NCBI GenBank assembly: GCA_965203325.1
Contig: OZ241875.1
Location: 704,001 to 768,000, forward strand
DNA from: a bacterium
GTDB taxonomy: Bacteria; UBA8248
DNA: 64,000 nt
Reading direction: 5' to 3'
Shown: positions 39,131-49,555 of the stretch, one piece after another
Layout: each line of letters begins with the position of its first letter
Position numbering within the stretch: position 1 is the stretch's first letter
Translations under genes and position numbers: made by a program
Notes under the pieces: generated by a model
Database searches by the model: none
Seen by the model: only the letters and a program-made list of their open reading frames with translations
What the model was told of the DNA's origin: nothing

Positions 39131-39377
39131 GGGGCTGTTGAAAAAGTCCTCCTCCTCAAGGGATAAAGGCAACCCCCTACCCCCCCTTGTCAGGGGGGTA
39201 TAAAAAGGCGATGCGTCCCCGCCGGGCTGAGAAGGTTTTGATTTTTCTTGCCCCCCTGACAAGGGGGGGTAGGGGGGGTTGCTTTTGTAGGGACAGGTCG
39301 CGACCTGTCCCTACGGGTCCTTCTAACCGGTTGGTTCTGTTCGCCAAATCACGGAATCAGGCCTTTTCAACAACCCC
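39131..39377. repeat. REP/MITE-like repeat, copy 2, with terminal IRs and an embedded GTAG palindrome
   Basis: GGGGCTGTTGAAAAAG..CTTTTCAACAACCCC termini; same core palindrome; perfect GTAGGGACAGGTCGCGACCTGTCCCTAC at 39287-39314. Confidence 0.85.
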
Positions 39378-39419
39378 GTTCTTGACCCCATATGGGGCCT
39401 ATGATAAACGCAAAACCCT

Positions 39420-39494
39420 GGGCCGTTAGCTCAGTGGCAGAGCGCTGCCTTCACACGGCAGAAGTCACTGGTTCAAATCCAGTACGGCCCACCA
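39420..39494 (+). tRNA. tRNA-Val(CAC)
   Basis: Acceptor stem GGGCCGT/ACGGCCC, anticodon arm CTGCC-TTCACAC-GGCAG, GGTTCAAATCC T-loop, encoded CCA. Confidence 0.97.
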
Positions 39495-39533
39495 TTTTAA
39501 TTTCGCTCGGCGTTCAACGGAAAACGACGGTTC

Positions 39534-40586
39534 CTAAATCTCGATCCCTTCCAGAAGTTCTGTCATCTGTATCTTTCTTCCCTCTTCCGCCGAGCGGCAC
39601 GAACCCTCGACCTGCGCCAGGGCATGGACGGCCTCCCGTGGACCGGTTTCGGGCGCATCGCCCGTGCGCGCGCAATCGGCGAACTCCTCCACCTCGTCGA
39701 TTATCATGTCCACCATTTCGGGCACGGGCACGTCCGTCCAGCCGGCCTCGCCCGCCTTTTGAATCGCTAATGTCGTCTCATCGTTCGTCCGGTGCGCCAG
39801 GGTGATGTTTTCGCGAATCATCTCGAGAGAGACCACCGCCTGTGTGCCGTGCAGCCTGAGCGTGAACACGCCGGGCGTCACGAAACTCGTCATCAGGGTG
39901 GAGACGGGGCCGCCTTCGTGCTCGGTGATCGTCATCGTCACGTCGTCGATCTCCGCAGGAGTGGCCAGCTTTTTGTGAATTCCCGTCACGCAAACGGGAT
40001 CGCCCAGCAGGTAGTTCAGTGTGTCGCAGTGGTGAATCCCCATCTGCATGAGGGGACCGCCCGGACACTCGTCCCTGAAATAACGCCACCTGTCGGGAGT
40101 GAAAAACTGACCCATGTGATTCGAAAAAACAGCTTCCGCCCAAAGCGGCCTGCCGATGGTGCCGTCTTCTATCAGCGCACGGATTTTCCGGTGCCCCGCC
40201 GCGCGCCGGTAGCAATGCCCCACCGCCAGGGTCTTGCCGGACGCCCGCCAGGCTGCCAGCACTTCGGGCGTTTCGGCCAGGACGTTCGTTATCGGTTTTT
40301 CCACCCAGACGTGCTTGCCCGCCTTGAGCGCGGCGATGATCTGGGCTGCATGCGCCTTGTTCGGCGTGGTGAGGAGAATCCCCTCCACGTCTGGATTCTC
40401 CAGTATCGCCTCATAGCTGGGCGTCGCTTCGCATCCATGCTCCTCAGCGAAAGAGGTGCGCTTTTCTTCGTTGCGCGTGTAGCAGGCGACGAGGTCTATC
40501 TTCTCGCTTCTGCGGAGGGCGTCTCCTATCGGCGTCGCCCACCACCCGAGTCCCACGAGGGCCGCTCTGAAATTTTCCTGTGACAT
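39534..40586 (-). CDS. Gfo/Idh/MocA family oxidoreductase
   Basis: VGLGWW, GKHVWVEKP, GGPLMQMGIHHCD. Confidence 0.92.
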   Translation of the reverse strand: MSQENFRAALVGLGWWATPIGDALRRSEKIDLVACYTRNEEKRTSFAEEHGCEATPSYEAILENPDVEGILLTTPNKAHAAQIIAALKAGKHVWVEKPITNVLAETPEVLAAWRASGKTLAVGHCYRRAAGHRKIRALIEDGTIGRPLWAEAVFSNHMGQFFTPDRWRYFRDECPGGPLMQMGIHHCDTLNYLLGDPVCVTGIHKKLATPAEIDDVTMTITEHEGGPVSTLMTSFVTPGVFTLRLHGTQAVVSLEMIRENITLAHRTNDETTLAIQKAGEAGWTDVPVPEMVDMIIDEVEEFADCARTGDAPETGPREAVHALAQVEGSCRSAEEGRKIQMTELLEGIEI

Positions 40587-40650
40587 ATAAACTCCCCGTT
40601 ATGAAGTATCTGGCTTCTCCGAAATATGGCTCCTTTTAGGATGAGTATCC

Positions 40651-43224
40651 TCACATCAAACTCAACGGGTCTACGTCCACCGCCAGACGAACGGAGGAAA
40701 AAGCCGCTTCTCCGTCAAATTCCGCCCTCAGCGAATTGACCGCCTCGCCCAGGCGCTTCGCCCCTCTGGCCTTCAGGATCATGTGATACCGCCATACGCC
40801 GCGAATCCTCACGAATGGCGCCGGCGCGGGACCCAAGTATTCGACCCCTCCAGGATCGGCGGCGCGCCCGGCGGCGGCAGCGCCATGCCTACGCAAGTAT
40901 GACGCCATCCATTCACCGGCTTTCGCGGCGAGGTGCTTGTTCTTGGACTCGAAACGCAGCCTGGCCAGACGTCGATAGGGCGGGTAACCCAACTGCTCCC
41001 GCGCCAGAGCTTCTCTCTTATAGAAACCGGCGTAATCATGCGTCCGCGCGCACTCAACGGCGAAATGATCCGGCCTGAACGTCTGGATGATGACTTCGCC
41101 GGGCAAATCGGCGCGGCCCGCCCTGCCCGCCACCTGGGTTAATAGCTGAAAAGTGCGTTCGCTCGCCCTGAAATCCGGCAGATGAAGCCCGACATCGGCC
41201 ACCACGACGCCCACGAGCGTCAGATTCGGGAAATCATGGCCTTTCGCCACCATTTGCGTCCCGATGAGGATGTCGATTTCCCCGCTTCGCATGGCGCCGA
41301 ATATGCTCTCGTATGCGCCTGCCCGGCGGGCCGTGTCGCGATCCAGACGCTGGACGCGCGCCTCCGGGAAGCGCGCTTTCACGGCCTGCTCGACGCGCTC
41401 GGTTCCAACGCCGAAGTAACCCACCTGATCACTGCGGCAGGAGGTGCACCTGCTGGGCGGATGCGCGCTGTAATCGCACCAGTGGCACTGCACCCTGCCC
41501 CCGCCTTCACGGTGAAACGTCAGCGGGATGGAGCAGTGAGGACACTCGAGTGCCTCCCCGCAATCGCGGCACAGGATCACCGAAGAGAACCCGCGGCGGT
41601 TCAGGAACAACAGCGTCTGCTCGCCTCGCTCCAGACGCTCGCCGATGGCGGTAGCCAATTCGCGCGTGAGAAGCTCGGGCGTCCTGGGGTCGGAGCCGGC
41701 CTCTTTTCTCAAATCCACCAGGCGCACCTGAGGCAACGTCCCCCCCGTGGGCCGATGCGACAGCGAGCGCAGACGGTAGCGGCCGCTTCTGGCGCTCGTA
41801 TAGCTTTCAATCGACGGCGTCGCCGAACCCAGCACGACGGGAACCCCCAGATTCCTGGCGCGCACGATGCCCGTATCCCGCGCGTTGTAGCGAGGGGATT
41901 CCTCCTGCTTGTAGGAGCCGTCGTGCTCCTCATCCACCGCGATCATCCCGAGTTTCGGAACCGGGGCGAAGACGGCGGACCTCGTGCCCACGACGATGGG
42001 CGCATCCCCGTTCTTGATGCGCCGCCATTCCGACAGGCGCTTTTTCTCCGAATAGGCGCTGTGCAGACAGGCCACCAAACCGTCAAAACGCTCCTGAAAG
42101 CGCCCCAGGAGTTGGGGAGTCAGGCCGATTTCCGGCACCAGAATCAACGCGCCCAATCCGTTTGCGAGGGCTTCTTGCGCAAGCCGGATGTAGACTTCCG
42201 TCTTCCCGCTTCCGGTGACGCCGTGTAGAAGCGTGACCGAAAAATTCTTTTTCTCGATATCCTCCTTCACCAGTTCGAACGATTCTTTCTGCTCATCGGT
42301 AAGGCCCATAGCGGGTGCATCGGCCCTTGGACTCGGCTCGCTCGCATCCTCCGCATCGGGGAGGAGGTCTTCCTCGACTTCGACCCACCCCTTTCTCTCC
42401 AGCGCCGCGCAAGCGGCGCGCGCGCCCTTCGAGAGGATTTCCAGTTCCCCCAGCCGCACCCGTCCATTTTCCGCTTCATTCAAAAGACGCAGGACTTCCG
42501 CCTGCCGCTTCGCGCGTTTTGCCAGAGACTCCAGCTCACTTTCGAGGGGCATCTTGAGAAGGCGCGCGTACTTTGCCATTTTAGGCGAAGAGCCGCCTAC
42601 GGAATCGACGATTTTCTCCACGAAGCCCGCATTGAGAAGACGCATGAGTTCCGGGCGCGTCCCGCGCCCGAACGAGGCCGCAAGAGAACCGATGGTTCTC
42701 GGGCCCTTGCGGAGCGCCACCAGTATGCGCGCCTTGTGACTCCGCTCACCCTCTGAGGGTTTGAGGCCGGGCAAACCAAGGCCGCCTTCTTCGAATGCCG
42801 CCTCCACCCGCCCTGTCTCACTCAGGCGGTAACGCTCTACAGTTTTCTTCTCCCTGTGGGACGGCAACGCGAATTTGAGCGCCTCCCCCCAACCGCAGCA
42901 ATAGTACTCCGCCACCCATCTGGTGAGTTCCAGAAGCTCCGGCGTGAGCAACGGCTCATCGTCAAGAATCTCCAGAACGGACTTTATGGACCCGGGCTCG
43001 AATCCGGGGGGCGGGCTTTCGCCCGGCGGCTGAACGACGTATCCCGTCACCTTCCGCCTGCCCAGCGGCACCAGCACGCGCAGTCCGGGCGTCAATTTCT
43101 CCGCGAACTCATGACCCGCCCGGTAGGTGAGCGGTCCGATCTGGGGGACGCTGAGCGCAACTTCGACATACCGGCTTCCCGGTTCATGCGCTCGCGCGGC
43201 CTCTTTTTTGATGGTGTATTTCAC
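40651..43224 (-). CDS. priA: Primosomal protein N' (replication restart helicase)
   Basis: LHGVTGSGKTEVY, VPEIGLTPQ, DEEHDGSYKQ, four CxxC pairs, GTQMVAKGHDFP, QVAGRAGR, DVDP. Confidence 0.97.
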   Translation of the reverse strand: MKYTIKKEAARAHEPGSRYVEVALSVPQIGPLTYRAGHEFAEKLTPGLRVLVPLGRRKVTGYVVQPPGESPPPGFEPGSIKSVLEILDDEPLLTPELLELTRWVAEYYCCGWGEALKFALPSHREKKTVERYRLSETGRVEAAFEEGGLGLPGLKPSEGERSHKARILVALRKGPRTIGSLAASFGRGTRPELMRLLNAGFVEKIVDSVGGSSPKMAKYARLLKMPLESELESLAKRAKRQAEVLRLLNEAENGRVRLGELEILSKGARAACAALERKGWVEVEEDLLPDAEDASEPSPRADAPAMGLTDEQKESFELVKEDIEKKNFSVTLLHGVTGSGKTEVYIRLAQEALANGLGALILVPEIGLTPQLLGRFQERFDGLVACLHSAYSEKKRLSEWRRIKNGDAPIVVGTRSAVFAPVPKLGMIAVDEEHDGSYKQEESPRYNARDTGIVRARNLGVPVVLGSATPSIESYTSARSGRYRLRSLSHRPTGGTLPQVRLVDLRKEAGSDPRTPELLTRELATAIGERLERGEQTLLFLNRRGFSSVILCRDCGEALECPHCSIPLTFHREGGGRVQCHWCDYSAHPPSRCTSCRSDQVGYFGVGTERVEQAVKARFPEARVQRLDRDTARRAGAYESIFGAMRSGEIDILIGTQMVAKGHDFPNLTLVGVVVADVGLHLPDFRASERTFQLLTQVAGRAGRADLPGEVIIQTFRPDHFAVECARTHDYAGFYKREALAREQLGYPPYRRLARLRFESKNKHLAAKAGEWMASYLRRHGAAAAGRAADPGGVEYLGPAPAPFVRIRGVWRYHMILKARGAKRLGEAVNSLRAEFDGEAAFSSVRLAVDVDPLSLM

Positions 43225-44189
43225 GGAAGAGGCGTCCCGCCGCCGAGGATGATATCGAGATGCTCGCTGGTGAGGTTACGCCCGCTCAGGATTCCGGCGA
43301 CTCGCTTGCCCTTCAGGTCCATCTTCATGGCGGCAGCCGTCGGGGCGGCGCCCGCGCCCTCGGCGATGACGTGCACGTCTGAGGCGAGCAGGCGGATGGC
43401 GTCGCACATCTCCTCCTCACTCACGGTAACGATTTCATCCACGTGTCGCCTGATCATCGAAAACGTCAGTTCGAAAGGTACCCGTGTGGCGAGTCCGTCC
43501 GCGAATGTGTCCGCTGAGGGCTGAGCCAGCATTTTTCCTTCGTAAAAGCTCTTGAAGAACGCCGGAGCGTTTTCCGCCTGGACCCCCACCACGTGGACTT
43601 TGGGATTGACCTGTTTGGCGACGAGGCCTGCCCCGGAAACCCCGCTTCCCCCGCCGAGGGGCACGATGACGACTTCGATATCCGGCTCGGCTTCCATGAT
43701 TTCGAGCGTCTGGGTCGCCACGCCCGCTATCAGATGCGGCTCGTTGGCCGAGTGAACGTAGCGCATGCCGCGCTCTTCGCACTGCTCCTCGCACCACACC
43801 CTGGCGTCGTCGAAATCCTCCCCCGCGAACGCGACTTCCGCCCCCAGCCTCTCGATGGCCGAGATTTTATCCGCGTTCGCCCCGTTCGGGGCCGCGATCA
43901 ACGCATTGACCCCGAAAATCCGCGCGGCGTAGGCGATGGACTGGCCATGGTTGCCGGTCGAGGCCGTGATGAGGCCCGCCTGCTTCTCCTCCGGGCCGAG
44001 CCTGGAGACGAGATTCACGCCGCCGCGCACCTTGAACGCGCCGATGGGCTGCATGGACTCGAATTTCAGGAAATACCGGCACCCGATGCGTTCGGAGAGC
44101 ACGGGAATTTCGTGAAAGGGCGTAGGCTGCAAGTAGGCGGCGACCCGTTTTTGCGCCTCCAGGACATCATCAAACGTGGGCTCGCGCAT
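43221..44189 (-). CDS. PLP-dependent threonine/serine dehydratase family
   Basis: KFESMQPIGAFKVRG, ASTGNHGQ, LGGGSG, LSGRN. Confidence 0.92.
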   Translation of the reverse strand: MREPTFDDVLEAQKRVAAYLQPTPFHEIPVLSERIGCRYFLKFESMQPIGAFKVRGGVNLVSRLGPEEKQAGLITASTGNHGQSIAYAARIFGVNALIAAPNGANADKISAIERLGAEVAFAGEDFDDARVWCEEQCEERGMRYVHSANEPHLIAGVATQTLEIMEAEPDIEVVIVPLGGGSGVSGAGLVAKQVNPKVHVVGVQAENAPAFFKSFYEGKMLAQPSADTFADGLATRVPFELTFSMIRRHVDEIVTVSEEEMCDAIRLLASDVHVIAEGAGAAPTAAAMKMDLKGKRVAGILSGRNLTSEHLDIILGGGTPLP

Positions 44190-44440
44190 GGTTCCTCCAC
44201 AGGTGGGCGTATCAAGACTTCTTATATCAAAATTTCCGTCTCGGAGAGTCCCCGTAAGATAAGCAACCTGTGGTTTTCGCTATCCGCCTGAAAACCTGCG
44301 TATTAGGCCTTTCTTACGCGGCGCGGAAGAATACGGCGCCCGCCTGAATCTCGCTCAAAGAGGCAGAAGTTGACCCTCTTCTTCGCGCAACCTAGAATGC
44401 CCTTCCCATACAAGTCATCACACCGCCGTGGAGGTTGAGC

Positions 44441-44770
44441 ATGAAGAGCGCCCTGGAAATTGCGATGGAGAAAACTTCCGCCATCGGCGAGCAAGCGCGC
44501 CAGGAGCTGGAAAAACTCAGTCCCGAGCAAAGGGACAAGATTGAGGAAATCAAAAAGGTTTACGAGGGAAAAATCGCCGAAAAAGACGTTCTCCATCAAC
44601 AGGAATTGATGAAAATGACGGGCGGCGCTCCCATCGAAGCCGTCGAGGCGCAACTCGAACCCGAAGCCAGAGAAGCATTGGGCGCATTCCGCCAGAAATT
44701 CAGGAGCGAGCGCGAGGCGCTTGAATCGGAACGCGACGAGAAGATAGAAGCCGTCAAGAATGAGGGTTAA
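44441..44770 (+). CDS. Conserved-looking helical hypothetical protein
   Basis: GGAGG RBS; MKSALEIAMEKT start; coiled-coil composition. Confidence 0.75.
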   Translation: MKSALEIAMEKTSAIGEQARQELEKLSPEQRDKIEEIKKVYEGKIAEKDVLHQQELMKMTGGAPIEAVEAQLEPEAREALGAFRQKFRSEREALESERDEKIEAVKNEG

Positions 44771-44776
44771 ACGCAC

Positions 44777-45748
44777 ATGAGCCGCGTTGCGATTGTCCGT
44801 TGCGAAGACTACGACAAAGAGCGCGTGAGCGACGCCGTCGCCGAGGCTCTTGAAGCACTGGGCGGCGCGGCGCAATTCGCCTCTGAAACCGATGAGATAC
44901 TGCTCAAACCCAACATCTTGAAAGGTGCGCCGCCTGAGAGCGCGCTGACGACGCATCCCGAAATACTCCGGGCGGTGGCGGAGCAACTCCAGAATTCGGC
45001 GGCGCCGCCAGAAAAGTTATCCATGGGCGACAGTCCCGCGTGGGGGAGTCTCGCCAGTTGCGCCGAGCAAGCCGGTCTGTCGAAAGTATGCGAGGAACTC
45101 GGGCTCCCCCTCGTCTCCTTCCGGAAAGGGGTGAAGGTTCCCAATCCCGACGGCGTCGTTTATGCGCACCTCACCATGGCGAAAGAGGCCATGGACCCGG
45201 ACGGAATCATCAACCTGCCCAAGCTCAAGACGCATTGCCAGCTTTACATGACGGGCGCGGTCAAGAACCTCTTCGGCTGCGTGGCGGGCAAAAGAAAGGC
45301 GTGGTGGCATTTCAAGGCCGGAACTTTCGAGGATTATTTCCCGCTCATGCTCGTCGAAACGGCGCGGCTGCTCAAGACGAGGCTCTCCGTTCTGGACGCC
45401 GTCTGCGCGATGGAAGGACAGGGGCCCGCACAGGGAACCCCCCGCCGGGTGGGCCTCATCATCGCGAGCGCCGACCCGGTGGCGCTCGACCGCGTCGCCT
45501 GTGAGGTCACGGGACTGGCTCCCGAGAGGTTGAGAACCCTGGAAGCCGCCCGCCTGACGGGCTTCGGCGAGACGGAACTGGACAAGATCGAGGTGGCGGG
45601 ACTATCTCTTCAGGAGGCGAAGCTGTCCAAACCCCTGGTCGAACCGAGGATGATACCGATAGGCTTCAGCATTCCGCGCGTCGTCAAGAGCACGCTGAAG
45701 CAACAGTGGCTCACGCGCGTGCGCGAACCCCTCCGGAAAGTCTCCTGA
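44777..45748 (+). CDS. DUF362 family protein
   Basis: ILLKPN..TTHPE..GDSP..INLPKLKTH..TGAVKNLFG..MEGQGP..DPVALD. Confidence 0.9.
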   Translation: MSRVAIVRCEDYDKERVSDAVAEALEALGGAAQFASETDEILLKPNILKGAPPESALTTHPEILRAVAEQLQNSAAPPEKLSMGDSPAWGSLASCAEQAGLSKVCEELGLPLVSFRKGVKVPNPDGVVYAHLTMAKEAMDPDGIINLPKLKTHCQLYMTGAVKNLFGCVAGKRKAWWHFKAGTFEDYFPLMLVETARLLKTRLSVLDAVCAMEGQGPAQGTPRRVGLIIASADPVALDRVACEVTGLAPERLRTLEAARLTGFGETELDKIEVAGLSLQEAKLSKPLVEPRMIPIGFSIPRVVKSTLKQQWLTRVREPLRKVS

Positions 45749-45761
45749 ATCTCAGCAGGGA

Positions 45762-46535
45762 TTAGATATTCGATCGGCTTTGCGAGCCGTCCACGTTCCA
45801 GCAGGCCCCGTGCACGAGGCTCGCTCTCGGGCTCACCATGAAGACGGCCACGGCTGACAGCTCCTCGGGGCGGCCGAACCGGCCCAGCGGCATTTCCGCG
45901 TCGATGAAACCCTTGAGGCCGTCGGGCGCCTCGTCTATCCGCCGCTCCCACACTCCGCCCGGGAAGAGAATGCTGCCCGGCGCAATCGAGTTCACGCGAA
46001 TGTTGTCTTGCGCCGTCTGCTGGGCGAGTCCCTTGGAGAAGCTGATGAGCGCCGCCTTGGAGGCGTTGTAGGTCATCGCGCCCTTAGATTCGCGCCCGTA
46101 GATGGAGGCGACGTTCAGGATGGAGCCGCCGCCTCTTTTTTTCATCTCAGGGATCACGAGGCGCGAGAGCGTCACCGCGTGATAGAGGTTGAAACCGAAC
46201 CCTTCGCGCCACTCCTCGTCCGTGATGTCGAGAAACACCTTGGGATTGCTGCCGCCCACGTTGTTCACGAGAATGTCGACGCCGCCGAACGCGTCGAGCG
46301 TCTTCTGGAGAAAAGCTTGGGGCACGCCCTCCTGGGTCACGTCGCCCGCCAAACCCGCCGCGCGCCCGCCGCCCAGCGCGTTCAACTCATCGACCGCCTG
46401 GTTCAGGCGCTCCTCGCCCCGCGCGCTGATCGCCACGTGGCAACCCTCTCCCACCAGATCTTTCGCGATGTGGAAGCCGAGCCCCCGGCTGCCGCCCGAG
46501 ATCATCGCCACCTTGTCGGTGAGCATCAAATCCAT
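45762..46535 (-). CDS. Short-chain dehydrogenase/reductase
   Basis: SGGSRGLG, LVNNVG, YNASK, VNSIAPG; true start MDLMLTDK after GGAGG. Confidence 0.92.
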   Translation of the reverse strand: MDLMLTDKVAMISGGSRGLGFHIAKDLVGEGCHVAISARGEERLNQAVDELNALGGGRAAGLAGDVTQEGVPQAFLQKTLDAFGGVDILVNNVGGSNPKVFLDITDEEWREGFGFNLYHAVTLSRLVIPEMKKRGGGSILNVASIYGRESKGAMTYNASKAALISFSKGLAQQTAQDNIRVNSIAPGSILFPGGVWERRIDEAPDGLKGFIDAEMPLGRFGRPEELSAVAVFMVSPRASLVHGACWNVDGSQSRSNI

Positions 46536-46579
46536 CGTTTTCCTCCCAAAACTCGGAGAATGAGGGCCTCGCGACGCCC

Positions 46580-47764
46580 TTACGCAGGCTCGTCCAGCGT
46601 CTGGGCGGCGCGCAGCAGCGTCATCGAGTCCGTCCCGTCGCCGTGCAGGAAGGTGAGGAGGTCGCGCATCATCTTCTCCGTCGGCGTCTCCTTCATGATG
46701 CCGATGCCGCCGAGAATGTCCGTGGCGAAGGCTATCGTCTTGAGCGCCACCTGATCGCTGAACACCTTTCCGTACCGCGTGAAGCGCGTGTTGTAGCTCT
46801 CGTCGTTCTCCACGCCCCAGCAGATGCGCCACATGAACTGCTCGGCCACCTCGATGTTCATCAGCATCTCGGCGAGCATGTGCTGAATCGTCTGGTGCTC
46901 GATGATGGGCTTGCCGCCCTGGATGCGCTCTTTCGCGTGCTGGAGGCAGAAGTCGTAGATGCCGCGCGCGATGCCCGTGTTGCACGCCGGAAGCTCCGCG
47001 CTGCCCCGGAACACCGTGGCGAACGTCTGAAAGCCCTTGTCGACCTCGCCCAGGATGTCGTCCTTGTGGACGCGCACGTTGTCGTAGTAGCTCTCGGCGT
47101 TGGGATACAGCCTGTAGCCGAGCTTGTCGTGCACGTTGCCGTAGGTGACGCCCTCCTGGTCTCCGTGCACGAGAAAGCAGGTGGTTCCCTGATGAAGCGG
47201 AACATCGGGGTCCGTTCTCGCGAAGACCAGCAGAATCTTCGCCCAATTCGTGAGCGACGTGAATCGTTTCGCTCCGTTGAGCACGAAATAATCGCCGTCC
47301 CGGACCGCCGAGGTCTTGAGGCCCAGCGCGGGGTCGCTCTGCCGGTAGATGTTGTCCGAGCCGTAATCCGGCTCGGTTATCACGAACGAGCCGACGCAAT
47401 CGTGGTCTTCCACGAACATCTTGCCCCACTTTTCAAGCACCGCTTCCGAACCGCATTTGAAGATCGCGTTCGACACCTTCCAGCACTGGCTCAGGCACTT
47501 GATGACGCCGATCTCGATTTGCGCGCCCGTCCAGAGGCAAAGGGCCTTGGTCGTCGTGTCGGCCCCGATGCCGCCGTGTTCCTCGGGAACCGCCATGGTC
47601 CGCAGACCGAGATGCGACGCCTTGTTGAGCAGCTCACCCGGATAGCAATCCTTGGGGTCGGGCCGCCTGTCCATCTCCGCAGCGACGGGCGCGACCTCGC
47701 GCTCCATGAAATCCCGGGTCAGGTCGGCCAGCGCCAGTTGTTCATCCGTAAATGGATATTGCAT
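46580..47764 (-). CDS. Acyl-CoA dehydrogenase family protein
   Basis: PEEHGG, TEPDYGSD, LNGAKRF, KLGYR, RIQGGKPIIEHQ, ILGGIG. Confidence 0.92.
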   Translation of the reverse strand: MQYPFTDEQLALADLTRDFMEREVAPVAAEMDRRPDPKDCYPGELLNKASHLGLRTMAVPEEHGGIGADTTTKALCLWTGAQIEIGVIKCLSQCWKVSNAIFKCGSEAVLEKWGKMFVEDHDCVGSFVITEPDYGSDNIYRQSDPALGLKTSAVRDGDYFVLNGAKRFTSLTNWAKILLVFARTDPDVPLHQGTTCFLVHGDQEGVTYGNVHDKLGYRLYPNAESYYDNVRVHKDDILGEVDKGFQTFATVFRGSAELPACNTGIARGIYDFCLQHAKERIQGGKPIIEHQTIQHMLAEMLMNIEVAEQFMWRICWGVENDESYNTRFTRYGKVFSDQVALKTIAFATDILGGIGIMKETPTEKMMRDLLTFLHGDGTDSMTLLRAAQTLDEPA

Positions 47765-47873
47765 GACTCCTCCAGATTCTCGAGAAGAATTCTTGTCAAA
47801 AGTAAGTGTGTATCCCTTGGTTATCCTCTCGCGTCCAAGGTGTCAACTTCAAACCGCAATGGCTCTCACTTCC

Positions 47874-49541
47874 TCAGGTGCTTACATGGTGCGCCGCCGC
47901 CTCATGCAACTCACCGGATATGGGAACTTTATCGTGCGCAGGCGTTCCATCAGCCCCCAGCGACACGTGGATATTCGCCAGCCAGTTCTCATCGTCGCGC
48001 TCGGGGAAATCCGACCTCGTATGCGCCCCCCGGCTTTCGGCGCGCATGAGCATCGCGCCCAGCATCGCCTCCGCCGTCAGGCACATGAGCCTCGCCTGCG
48101 CGTGGCGCGAGACGAGCGAACCTGCGGGCGTCAGCGCTTTTATGCTTTCTCGTTGAGCGGCGATTCTCTCCAGTCCATCCTGCAGCGCCTCCGAAGTCCG
48201 CTCGATGCCGCCCGCGGAGAACATGGCGTCTCGGATATTTTCTTCAATTTCATCGAGTTGATTTTCACTCGTTTGCTCTGCGCCTCGCGCATCCCTTTCA
48301 TTCTTCTCGGGCGGCCCGCCCTCTCCTTCCACATGAGCAGCCGCCCGGCCCGCCCGGTCGCCCATGACGGCGCACACGGTGAGTCCCCCGCTCGCCAGGC
48401 GGTTCGCCCCGTGCAGGCCGCCGCCGTTCTCACCGGCGGCGAAGAGGCCTTCCACGTCCGTCCGCCCGTTCGCGTCGATGATGACGCCGCCCATGCACGA
48501 GTGTGCGGCGGGAGCGATTTCTATCGGTTCTTTTCGCACGTCGAGACCCGCCGCCTCGAAATCATCGAGTATCTCGCCCATCACGTCTCTCAGCCCTTCA
48601 TAGGACACCTTGGTCAAATCGAGATACAGGCCGCCGTTTTCGCCTCCGCGTCCCTCGACGATTTCGCGGTGCATCGCGCGGGAGAGAACGTCGCGCTTGG
48701 CGTGTTCCATGTCATCCGGCGCATAGCGGGTCATGAACCGCTCGTCCAGGCTGTTCCGCAACCGTACTTCAGGGAAGGAAAGCGCCATGCCGCCCGAGTT
48801 CCTGCCCCTGAGCTGCGGCGGATGGGCCATCGCCGTCGGCGTGAACTGCACGAACTCCATGTCCCGCAACCGTGCTCCCGCATCGAGCGCCGCCCCGTAG
48901 CCGACGCCGGCGACGCCCGGCGCGTTCGTGGTGATGGGGTACATCCCCCCCAAACCGCCCATCGCGAGAACCGTGGCGCGAGCGTGCACCCGAAGCAGGC
49001 TTGAGTCCTCCTCACCCTGAAAATCAGCTCCCACGACCCTGCCACTGCCGTCACGCAGCATTCCAATGAAAGAGAGACCCTCCAGGACGCGCGCGCCACT
49101 CTGCGCGAGCCGGGCACCGAGAATCATCATCATCCGGGGGCCGCCGCCCGGCACGCGTGCTCCCCGGGGGTAGGTGTGGCCGGGTAGTTTCGTGGGCGTC
49201 ATCCGGCCGTTTTTCTCCAAAAAGGGAACCACGTAATCACGCAGGCGCTCTATCGCCGCGCCCGACTCGGCTGCGACCGTACGCACCAGCGCGGGGTCGG
49301 ACATGAACCATCCGCTGCGGAAATTATCCGCCACCATGGTTTCCACGGAATCTTCCGGCGGGGAGAAGCCCTCCAATACCGTTGCGAAAACGCCGCCCGC
49401 GCGCGCGGAATTGCCCGTCAGGCCGGCCTCGCCCTTCATGGCGATGCAGACGTCCGCCCCCTCTTCTCGCGCGGCAAGCGCGGCCAGGGTTCCGGCCAGC
49501 CCTCCGCCGACGACCAACACGTCCGTTCGTATCTCTTCCAC
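47874..49541 (-). CDS. FAD-binding protein of the L-aspartate oxidase / SdhA-FrdA flavoprotein family
   Basis: VVGGGLAG, DMEFVQFTPT, HSCMGG, GLFAAGE, LHGANRL, RAESRGAH; GTG start after GGAGGA. Confidence 0.88.
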   Translation of the reverse strand: MEEIRTDVLVVGGGLAGTLAALAAREEGADVCIAMKGEAGLTGNSARAGGVFATVLEGFSPPEDSVETMVADNFRSGWFMSDPALVRTVAAESGAAIERLRDYVVPFLEKNGRMTPTKLPGHTYPRGARVPGGGPRMMMILGARLAQSGARVLEGLSFIGMLRDGSGRVVGADFQGEEDSSLLRVHARATVLAMGGLGGMYPITTNAPGVAGVGYGAALDAGARLRDMEFVQFTPTAMAHPPQLRGRNSGGMALSFPEVRLRNSLDERFMTRYAPDDMEHAKRDVLSRAMHREIVEGRGGENGGLYLDLTKVSYEGLRDVMGEILDDFEAAGLDVRKEPIEIAPAAHSCMGGVIIDANGRTDVEGLFAAGENGGGLHGANRLASGGLTVCAVMGDRAGRAAAHVEGEGGPPEKNERDARGAEQTSENQLDEIEENIRDAMFSAGGIERTSEALQDGLERIAAQRESIKALTPAGSLVSRHAQARLMCLTAEAMLGAMLMRAESRGAHTRSDFPERDDENWLANIHVSLGADGTPAHDKVPISGELHEAAAHHVST

Positions 49542-49555
49542 GATTCCTCCGTACA

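Noticed and set aside
39420..39494. tRNA-Val as the island attachment site
   Set aside because: No duplicate of its 3' end in the window, and it is separated from the integrases by metabolic genes.
45762..47429. 555-aa fusion ORF ending in an SDR domain
   Set aside because: The N-terminal part is an off-frame overlap of the acyl-CoA dehydrogenase; the SDR has its own RBS and ATG at 46535.
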